The notes beneath the pieces were generated by a model. It was given only the letters and a program-made list of their open reading frames with translations. It had not been told where the DNA came from and searched no databases. This document shows, in pieces, positions 29,975 to 37,864 of a stretch of DNA of 64,000 nt; position 1 is the stretch's first letter; every line of letters starts with the position of its first letter. The position numbers and the translations under genes were made by a program. Source of the DNA: Candidatus Thorarchaeota archaeon (lineage in GTDB: Archaea; Asgardarchaeota; Thorarchaeia; Thorarchaeales; Thorarchaeaceae); contig JBHLRS010000010.1 of assembly GCA_048882325.1 (NCBI GenBank), positions 39,745 through 103,744 of the forward strand, given 5' to 3'.

Positions 29975-31078
29975 TCAGAGCATCACATTATTCTTAATCA
30001 CAATATCTCCGGAGGCTATGATTTTAGCAATCTTTTTTGATGCTTTGCCATCTCCATATACGGAGGGATCGTTATTCAGTTTCATGTCCCACATCTCCAT
30101 AGCTCGTCTATGAATGTCGTTGGCTTTAGGAGCGACCAATACATTAGCACCTGCTTCCAATGTTTCAATCCACTCGCTGTTATCTCTAATTGTAACACAA
30201 GGGGTATTGAGTAAATATGCTTCTTTCTGGAGACCTCCAGAATCTGTCAGCAAAAGAGATGATCTACTGACCAATGCCATCATCGTGGTGTAAGGAATTG
30301 GTTCAATAACTTTGACATTCGAGGGTAAGGCTAATCCTATGTCTTTAATCATTTTCTTTGTCCGTGGATGTATTGGAAAGACAATGTGGTGTTCAATCAT
30401 TCCAAGACCATCGATGATTCGTTTTAATCTCGCAGGAAAGTCTACGTTTTCCCTTCTGTGCATCGTGAGGACTCCAAATTTCTCCCCAGATATTCCTAGC
30501 TCATTCATAGCGTTCTCTTGGAAAGATGCATCATTGAATACCTCAAGACGTTTTTTCAGAATATCATACATCGTGTCGCCAGTATGGAAGACCATTCCTC
30601 GAACTTTCTCATCTTCAAGATTCTTAACAGCAAGAGTTGTAGGCGCGAATAGACCAGCAGCTCCATGGTCAATCAACCGTCGATTGATTTCTTCCTGCAT
30701 GAACATATCATAGCTTCTAAGTCCAGACTCAAGATGGCATGTAGGGATATCCATCTTGAATCCTGTAAGTGCCGCTCCCAAGGCTGAATTTGTATCACCT
30801 GGAACAATTAGATAGTCAGGTGTGTTCTTAGATAGAACTTCTTCAAGTTTGGAGATGACACCATATGTTTGGTATGAGCTTGTCCCACTTCCTACCTCCA
30901 AGTTTTGATCTGGCTTACGGATTGAAAACTCACTTACAAACTGGTCAGCTAGTTCATAATCATAATGTTGTCCAGTGTGTACGAACCTTACATCAAGATC
31001 CTCTTGTTCGAGTGCTTGAAGTACAGGAGCTGATTTGATAATCTGTGGACGAGTCCCCGTAACAACTGTAACTATCAT
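29975..31078 (-). CDS. wecB: Non-hydrolysing UDP-N-acetylglucosamine 2-epimerase (WecB/WbpI family)
   Basis: GTRPQIIK, TGQHYD, GDTNS, HLESGLRS, HRREN, DSGGLQKEA, YGDG. Confidence 0.92.
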   Translation of the reverse strand: MIVTVVTGTRPQIIKSAPVLQALEQEDLDVRFVHTGQHYDYELADQFVSEFSIRKPDQNLEVGSGTSSYQTYGVISKLEEVLSKNTPDYLIVPGDTNSALGAALTGFKMDIPTCHLESGLRSYDMFMQEEINRRLIDHGAAGLFAPTTLAVKNLEDEKVRGMVFHTGDTMYDILKKRLEVFNDASFQENAMNELGISGEKFGVLTMHRRENVDFPARLKRIIDGLGMIEHHIVFPIHPRTKKMIKDIGLALPSNVKVIEPIPYTTMMALVSRSSLLLTDSGGLQKEAYLLNTPCVTIRDNSEWIETLEAGANVLVAPKANDIHRRAMEMWDMKLNNDPSVYGDGKASKKIAKIIASGDIVIKNNVML

Positions 31079-31216
31079 TGTAGTCCATCCTCCTTAAAGC
31101 GAGTGGGAGTACTCATCAGTGTGCCCTTTGAGTATTCTATTGAAGGTTATGGTACAATGATTGTTTCAAGCAAGAATTAAAAATGTGACAACACCCGACT
31201 CAACCGGGTTTGGAAT

Positions 31217-32527
31217 ATGACGAAAGGCACTCTAGCTGTCGTAGGTCTTGGATATGTCGGGCTTCCCGTAGCTGCGAAATTTGCGGAAGCTGGATTCGAT
31301 GTCACAGGCATTGACATAGTAAAGGAAAAGGTCGATATGATCAATGCAGGACAGTGTCCTATCGCAGGTGATGAACCGAATCTTCCTGAGTTGATTGAGA
31401 AAGTCATCAAAGAGGGCAGTCTGAAAGCCACATTAAGTCATGAACCGATTAAGAGCGCGGACTACATCATCATCGTTGTCGAAACTCCCTTCGACCTTCC
31501 TAGCAGAGAACCCTACTACTCTGCTCTCCGTTCAGCATCAACTAGTGTTGGCCAAAATCTATCAAAGGGGTCTCTTGTGATTGTAGAGTCAACTGTTGCT
31601 CCAGGTACTGTCAACTCCATTGTAAAACCCATATTGGAAACTGAATCCGGCTTGAAGGCCGGTGATGACTTCATGTTAGCGACTGCTCCGGAACGTGTTA
31701 TGCCTGGAAAATTGCTGTACAACCTTACGAACCTGAACCGAACGATTGGTGGATTTGATAAGAAAAGTACTGAAACAGCACTCAAGTTCTACTCTGAGAT
31801 AGTAAAGGGAGAACTCTATCCAACTGACATACTGACCGCTGAAGTGGTGAAGACCACAGAAAATGCATATCGCGATGTTCAGATTGCCTTCGCAAACGAG
31901 ATTGCATTACTTTGTGAGAACATGGGTGTCGATGTCTATGAAGTACGCGAGTTGGTGAACAAGTCGCCATTCAGACAGATGCATCTACCTGGTGCTGGAG
32001 TTGGAGGTCATTGCTTGCCAAAGGACTCCTGGCTGTTGGCATTCGGAGCTCGCGGAGGATACACACCACGTCTACTGGCAACTGCAAGAGAAATCAATGA
32101 TGGGATGCCACGCCACTTGAGCCACTTGTGTGAGGATGCTTTGAAGGATGCAGGCCGTGGTGTCTATGGTTCTCGTATCACTGTACTTGGGATAGCTTAT
32201 CTCGAGAACTCTGATGACACGCGAAATTCTCCTTCATTCACACTCATCAAAGCGCTTGAGGTTCTTGGTGCTCACCCAGTCCCTCATGATCCCTATGTTC
32301 GTGCGGTAAAGGAGATTCATGGAATGAAACCGTTGGATGACCTCTACGGAGCTTTGAAGGACTCAGACTGCATGGTTTTGGTTACAGCACATGATGAGTA
32401 TTCAGATATTGATCTTGACAAGGCCAAGAGTCTCATGCGAACACCTGTCATTGTTGATGGAAGAAAGGTCTTCGATAAAGACAAATGCATGAAGAAGGGC
32501 TTTATTTTCAGAGCGATTGGTCGTTAG
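31217..32527 (+). CDS. UDP-N-acetylhexosamine dehydrogenase (WecC/WbpA family)
   Basis: GLGYVG, ESTVAPG, PERV.PG, ENAYRDV, GVGGHCLPKD, DTRNSP. Confidence 0.92.
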   Translation: MTKGTLAVVGLGYVGLPVAAKFAEAGFDVTGIDIVKEKVDMINAGQCPIAGDEPNLPELIEKVIKEGSLKATLSHEPIKSADYIIIVVETPFDLPSREPYYSALRSASTSVGQNLSKGSLVIVESTVAPGTVNSIVKPILETESGLKAGDDFMLATAPERVMPGKLLYNLTNLNRTIGGFDKKSTETALKFYSEIVKGELYPTDILTAEVVKTTENAYRDVQIAFANEIALLCENMGVDVYEVRELVNKSPFRQMHLPGAGVGGHCLPKDSWLLAFGARGGYTPRLLATAREINDGMPRHLSHLCEDALKDAGRGVYGSRITVLGIAYLENSDDTRNSPSFTLIKALEVLGAHPVPHDPYVRAVKEIHGMKPLDDLYGALKDSDCMVLVTAHDEYSDIDLDKAKSLMRTPVIVDGRKVFDKDKCMKKGFIFRAIGR

Positions 32528-32554
32528 ACTTGAAAGAATGGAGAGATCGGTCCT

Positions 32555-33610
32555 TTGAAGAAGAGAGTCCTTCTCATCGGTAATGAACCGAGAGACATGA
32601 TTCGTCTTCGACGTACTTATGGTAGTCTAAAAGAGATAGGTGTGGATGTGAAGGTCTTCAATCCTTACAGAAAACCAAGTGGCCGGCCAAGAATCATCAA
32701 GGGAGCAATCAGATATCTTGTAATAACGCTCCAAGTTCTTCTAACTAGGGCTGACATCTATCACTTCTTCAATGTCCCTGACATCATCGGACTTCCACTC
32801 ATAGCAAAGCGAGGTGTCGTGGTATACGATGTCCGTTCACCTTGGAGTGGCGCTATTAAGGAAACCTTCGGGATTGCACCGTTAGCTAAGATTGCAGGTC
32901 TTATGGAACGCCTCATGACACGAACAGCAGATTATGTTGTGGCTGTGAATCGACCTCTTGCAGAGCGCGCTCGATTGTTTGGAGGAAAACGGATCCTAAT
33001 CTCCCCAAATTATCCCCTCCCTGACTTTGGGCCATCTCGTAGCCGTAAAGAGATGAGAGAGATGCTTGGGTTGGGATCATCCCCGACAGTGCTTTACCTC
33101 GGAAAGATCACCAAGGTGGAGGGAGTGTCACTTCTGATGAACGTGATCCGGAAGACATGCAAAACACATCCAAGCGTGAAGTTTCTGATTGTCGGTGGCG
33201 GACCTCAAGTTGGTGTCTTCAAGAAGTTCGTTTCTGATGAAGAACTTGAGGCGAACATAGTGATGACAGGATGGGTTCCTCACTCTGAGGTGGCTGATTA
33301 CATCAATGCTGTTGACTTATGTCTTCTACCTAGGCAGTGGGACAGCTACTCCAACTACATTGGACCAGACTCAGTATGGAAAGCGGGAGAATACCTTGCT
33401 CTTGGAAAACCTGTGGTAGCTCCAAAGATGGGTGGATTTGCTACTGCCAAGTTCCCCGTCATACCTGCAGACCCATCAGAGATGGCTGACGCTGTAATTT
33501 CATTCATCTCTGAACCAACTAAGAAACCGGTTGGTGAGAGACCCTCCTGGAGGATTAGCCACGAACGATTGAAACGTCTCTACACTCTTCTGGGTGCTAC
33601 TGGGGGATAG
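32555..33610 (+). CDS. Glycosyltransferase family 4
   Basis: YLGKITKVEG, GGG, GWVPHSEV, KAGEYLALGKPVV. Confidence 0.88.
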   Translation: MKKRVLLIGNEPRDMIRLRRTYGSLKEIGVDVKVFNPYRKPSGRPRIIKGAIRYLVITLQVLLTRADIYHFFNVPDIIGLPLIAKRGVVVYDVRSPWSGAIKETFGIAPLAKIAGLMERLMTRTADYVVAVNRPLAERARLFGGKRILISPNYPLPDFGPSRSRKEMREMLGLGSSPTVLYLGKITKVEGVSLLMNVIRKTCKTHPSVKFLIVGGGPQVGVFKKFVSDEELEANIVMTGWVPHSEVADYINAVDLCLLPRQWDSYSNYIGPDSVWKAGEYLALGKPVVAPKMGGFATAKFPVIPADPSEMADAVISFISEPTKKPVGERPSWRISHERLKRLYTLLGATGG

Positions 33611-33670
33611 CATGCAATACTCTCACAACACATATATCGTATCACTATCCTAACTAGATTCGGTGGGATT

Positions 33671-35542
33671 ATGGGATCAAGACAAAGTTCCATTTTGATA
33701 TGTGTGATAATTCTCTCTGGGATTCTATACCCATTGATTACTCACTCAAATGGTCTAGTTCAAAGTGGAACGCATCAGGGTCTTAGTAATGGAGCAATAC
33801 ATGCTCAGAGCGGTATTACACATTCTTGGTTCCATGATGGATCTAACATGACTGGTTTTGGAAGTCCAATCGCGAGTATGCCATCAGTAGGCAGCATTTC
33901 ATCCAGTGGCTCATACCTTTATGCATCTGACGTTGGGTCTGGAAGTGGGTGGCATGGCCCAGTGATGTCCTATGCATTAGAAGAGTCGTTTAAGGTATCC
34001 CAATTGACATCTTTCGACATCGATGTCGGGTTTGACTGTTACTCTGATACCAGTAGACTTGGTGCTGTGGATGTGTTTCTCCACGACTCGAATGAGGATG
34101 TCATCTGCAGGTACGTCATTTCAGATGCATGGGCTGACGATCGTCAGCTGAAATTACCATTTACATGGTGGTTTGCTGATGAAACTGGTTACACCACTCC
34201 CTATAGTGAACCTGACTGGGTCACTTTCTCGCCTTATCATGAAACACTGACGCTCTCTGATACTATGACGGGTTTTCAGGTAGTTCAGCCTGATATTGGA
34301 ACATTCGAGTTTACTGTATCAGAGCAGGCAGATTTGGAAAGGATCGTATCATATGTAACAGTGGCATTCTATGGATATGAGAGCTGGACCTACTGCGAAG
34401 AGGTCTTTCTTCATTCGATTCTCCTTGAATGGACTGGGGATAGCGTTGTTGAGGAACCGATAACATCGGCCTGGCATCATGATTGTTCTAACACAACTGA
34501 TCTGACCTATAACAACACCTTCCCACTTCCGTGGCTGAATGGAGTTAACACATGGACCATAACGACTGGAGAGATGCTTTCATCGGGTGACTATCTCTAC
34601 TTTGAAAATATCCCTTCTGCATCATCAGGTTGGCATGGGCCACTGTGGGTCCATGAGTTCGAGGAACCATTCTCAGTTAGCCAGATTCATAACTTCACTG
34701 TTGACCTGTTCGTCGACAATTCATTAGCAGCTTATGGAGGGAAAATACAGGTCATATTACTTGGTGAAGAGTTCAGACCTGTTTTCAGGGCATATGTTGG
34801 GGATGCATGGGATAATGTAAATGAGGGTCATATCTTCGCAGAATACATGGAGTCTGATGGAACCTACCATCGACATGGGCTTACAGATGTAGGCTCTTTC
34901 ACCAGTTTTGATGGAGTAATGCAGTTTACTTATGATGAACTACTTGGTGTTTCAGCTTTTGTACACGGGTATGGAATAGAGTCTCTCTTCTCTCCGGAAG
35001 GATCTGAGCTTACTCGAAAGGTCACTCATGTAATGATCTTGACTGGTCGACTCTCTGGACTCACCTACATGCCATCCCAAGTTCATGATATCTATGTTGA
35101 TTGGGTGTCCGAAGGTGTGTCTCCACCTGAAGATGTCCTTACGATTGACCATCCATTGGATATTTTCTACTATGAAGGAGAAACAGGGAACAACATCACT
35201 TGGACTCCTACATCAATCTATCCGGGTGGTTACTTGCTTTATGTCAACGATGAAGGAGTCGAAGCAGATTCATGGTTAGGCGACCCAATTGTGGTTGATG
35301 TTGATGGTCTGGATCCCGGAGTCTATAACTACACAATTGTTGTGTTCAACACCAACCTTGAGTATGTTACTGACGAAGTAGTGGTCACGGTAGAAACCCC
35401 CGGTTCACCAACTGCTGAGGGAACTCTGATTATTATTGGCATCAGCATCGGTTCTATTGTTGTAATTGTTGTGATCATCGGAGCTGTCTGTCGAAGCAAA
35501 GGAGAAGGTGTTATCGAAAGCCCTAGTGGATATGAATGGTAA
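33671..35542 (+). CDS. Secreted surface protein with two lectin-like repeats, Ig-like domain and TM anchor
   Basis: Signal peptide; repeats WFHDGSN/WHHDCSN, SGWHGP x2, DAW x2; Ig-like GLDPGVYNYT; C-terminal TM. Confidence 0.75.
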   Translation: MGSRQSSILICVIILSGILYPLITHSNGLVQSGTHQGLSNGAIHAQSGITHSWFHDGSNMTGFGSPIASMPSVGSISSSGSYLYASDVGSGSGWHGPVMSYALEESFKVSQLTSFDIDVGFDCYSDTSRLGAVDVFLHDSNEDVICRYVISDAWADDRQLKLPFTWWFADETGYTTPYSEPDWVTFSPYHETLTLSDTMTGFQVVQPDIGTFEFTVSEQADLERIVSYVTVAFYGYESWTYCEEVFLHSILLEWTGDSVVEEPITSAWHHDCSNTTDLTYNNTFPLPWLNGVNTWTITTGEMLSSGDYLYFENIPSASSGWHGPLWVHEFEEPFSVSQIHNFTVDLFVDNSLAAYGGKIQVILLGEEFRPVFRAYVGDAWDNVNEGHIFAEYMESDGTYHRHGLTDVGSFTSFDGVMQFTYDELLGVSAFVHGYGIESLFSPEGSELTRKVTHVMILTGRLSGLTYMPSQVHDIYVDWVSEGVSPPEDVLTIDHPLDIFYYEGETGNNITWTPTSIYPGGYLLYVNDEGVEADSWLGDPIVVDVDGLDPGVYNYTIVVFNTNLEYVTDEVVVTVETPGSPTAEGTLIIIGISIGSIVVIVVIIGAVCRSKGEGVIESPSGYEW

Positions 35543-35563
35543 ATATAGTGGCTACTCCTGATT

Positions 35564-36010
35564 TCAGAGAGATTCAAGAACTTGATTCAAGTCGAATTGT
35601 TTGGGTTCGAATATCTTGAATTCTTTCTCACGAGCTTCCTCAATTGAGGATCTCAGGTCATCGATGCTTCTACACCAAACCAGATGTCCTCCTTTCTCCA
35701 TTTTGGTCACCAGCTCCCATTCATGACCCCCGATGATGTCAGGATTCTGAATCACAATCAGTCGGTGCCCCTTTGTGACATTCTCCATTATTGTGCCTGC
35801 GCCACAATTACTGATTACTATCTCAGCTCTCTCCAAGTATTCATCTAGTGTTCTCTTGAACCTGAAGTTCTTGATGTTTCTAGGAATATACTGACCTGCT
35901 CCTCTCTGGGCAATGACCTCATCTCTGATATCCCCTAAGCCAACCAGCTCATCCATTGCTTGAATCAATGCATCATGAGGAAGAGACGTTCCAACAGTCA
36001 CGAAAATCAG
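35564..36010 (-). CDS. Alg13/PssE-like glycosyltransferase subunit (GT28 C-terminal)
   Basis: IFVTVGT N-terminus, NCGAGTI, GHEWEL; probable CTG start at 36010 overlapping the upstream TGA. Confidence 0.85.
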   Translation of the reverse strand: MIFVTVGTSLPHDALIQAMDELVGLGDIRDEVIAQRGAGQYIPRNIKNFRFKRTLDEYLERAEIVISNCGAGTIMENVTKGHRLIVIQNPDIIGGHEWELVTKMEKGGHLVWCRSIDDLRSSIEEAREKEFKIFEPKQFDLNQVLESL

Positions 36011-36474
36011 AAGATCATCCCCCTGTACTCAACTTCTGGATACTTCTCAGCAAGCTCTGGCCAACTGCTCAACCAGAGGGAGGTCTTTCCCATCAGTAGT
36101 TTCCCTGCGATTGATGGATTATAGACACGGCTTGGACTCTCAATATAGATTGACTTGATCCCAAAGACACCTGCAATGAGAAAAGGAGGAAGGGTAAGGC
36201 CTGATCCTGTGCTGATGACGACATTGGGTCTTACGATGAGAAGGATGAAGATACTGTGAAGAAACAAGAACAGAGTTCTGAGTACACTCATGATTCGACT
36301 GTCTTTTGCTCTGAATCTCGGTGAGATGACACTGTAGTAGTTTTCCCTGACCTTCTTCTTCGTGACTTCCGACTCCCATGGAACGATGAAGTACTTCTCA
36401 TAAGACACCTGCTTGGCTAGAATGAGACCTCGAGCAGTGTGGCCTCCTGAACCAAGTACGAACAACAGTCTCAA
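36007..36474 (-). CDS. Alg14/PssD-like glycosyltransferase subunit
   Basis: GSGGHT, RPNVVISTGSG, YIESPSRV..PSIAGK, WPEL. Confidence 0.9.
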   Translation of the reverse strand: MRLLFVLGSGGHTARGLILAKQVSYEKYFIVPWESEVTKKKVRENYYSVISPRFRAKDSRIMSVLRTLFLFLHSIFILLIVRPNVVISTGSGLTLPPFLIAGVFGIKSIYIESPSRVYNPSIAGKLLMGKTSLWLSSWPELAEKYPEVEYRGMIF

Positions 36475-36771
36475 GTCACTTCATCCTCGTCTACTGAATT
36501 CGGAGAACATCACCAATATCATCCTTTTGCTTGGTTAACTCAGAAATGTCCTACAATCATTTGGCGCCAAAGAGAAGAGCCATTATCGTGATATACATGA
36601 TACGAGTTTCCTATCCATACCTCTGTGATACCCAGATATTACGTCCGTTGGAATCCCGCTATTTTCTGGGTTTTATGATTAGTTTATATGAAAGTGATGC
36701 ACTATTCCATTGGAAGTAAAGGTAGGCTAAATCACTGTCTTTACTAAATGAGATTCGCGAGTTGAGATGTC

Positions 36772-37671
36772 TTGAGCGCAAAGTCAACAAAAGCTGAGCC
36801 AATTGATACAGATGGGGCAAGCCTCTCGGTGAGATTATACCATCTGAATGACATGACGATGTCAGCACCAGAGTTAGTGAAGTTCATGAAGGCTAACAAG
36901 TTCACAGCTCTGAGTGAAACCAAAGAAATCAAAGTAAGGAACAAGCAAAAGGAATGGGAAACAAGAGAGGTAGAGATAGCGACACAGGGATTCACTCAAG
37001 TCCAAGAGAGTGGAAAGACAATATCTGCAACCTTCTTTGTAAGTTTCCCTCAATCTATCTATGCCTTTGATCGTGGCAGGCTCATTGTGGTAGAAACTTC
37101 TTTTGCAGCTAAGAGTGGTGAAGTGATCTTTAAACTTGGGCGTAAGTTTGTCGAGGTTCGAGGATCAGACAGAATAGGAAGTAGACTACGAACATTTCTC
37201 AGAAGAGAGGATGTCGCGAGAATAGCACCTGTTGCTGTTAGTGGCGATTCAGCAAAGAATGTCTTTAATGAACTCAAGCGGCTACCAAATGCCAACATTA
37301 CCTATACACTATTCACGGATATTCAATCTGTTGCGTTAACACGTGCTGAATTTAGAGGCGAGAGAATTCAGAATGCCAGCGAGATTAATCTGTATCCTGT
37401 TAGATACAAGGGGAACATCGCAAAATTCAGTGGAATAATCCCCTACCCATCTAGCAAGAAACTTCTGAAGACTAGTGTGAATTTTGCATCCGGCTCTCTT
37501 AATATATCACCCAAAGATATGACAGAGGAAACGACAATCTCTCCAAAAGCAGCGACGAGAACAAGAAAGGAAGAGAAGGACAAGAAACCCACACTCTCTC
37601 CAAAAGACCTACGCTGGCTCGTGACTATGCTTGAGGATAATGCTGATCCATATCCACCCCCTGAAAAATAA
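36772..37671 (+). CDS. Hypothetical basic protein
   Basis: 299-aa ORF followed by a hairpin terminator. Confidence 0.7.
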   Translation: MSAKSTKAEPIDTDGASLSVRLYHLNDMTMSAPELVKFMKANKFTALSETKEIKVRNKQKEWETREVEIATQGFTQVQESGKTISATFFVSFPQSIYAFDRGRLIVVETSFAAKSGEVIFKLGRKFVEVRGSDRIGSRLRTFLRREDVARIAPVAVSGDSAKNVFNELKRLPNANITYTLFTDIQSVALTRAEFRGERIQNASEINLYPVRYKGNIAKFSGIIPYPSSKKLLKTSVNFASGSLNISPKDMTEETTISPKAATRTRKEEKDKKPTLSPKDLRWLVTMLEDNADPYPPPEK

Positions 37672-37673
37672 GC

Positions 37674-37713
37674 GGAGTTTCTAAGGGGCAAGACCCCTTA
37701 CTCCATTTCTTTC
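37674..37713 (+). terminator. Hairpin plus pyrimidine tract
   Basis: TAAGGGG-CAAGA-CCCCTTA flanked by GGAG/CTCC, then ATTTCTTTC. Confidence 0.6.
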
Positions 37714-37800
37714 TACTATCAAGTGCTTGCTGACTTAAAAAACGCTAATGATTTACAGCAAAGACCTATATACATACAAGAGTAGCACGGGGGAACAATT

Positions 37801-37849
37801 TGCTTGCGAGAGGGAGAGCACGCAACTCGTTTCTTTTAGCTCGCAAGCA
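37801..37849 (+). promoter_or_regulatory. Long leader hairpin upstream of the 37865 gene
   Basis: TGCTTGCGAG (37801-37810) pairs perfectly with CTCGCAAGCA (37840-37849); TATA-like CTATATACA at 37766. Confidence 0.5.
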
Positions 37850-37864
37850 GGATGGAGTAAAAAA

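Noticed and set aside
36531-36719. 62-aa ORF in the intergenic region
   Set aside because: No SD, no motif, and it spans likely promoter sequence.
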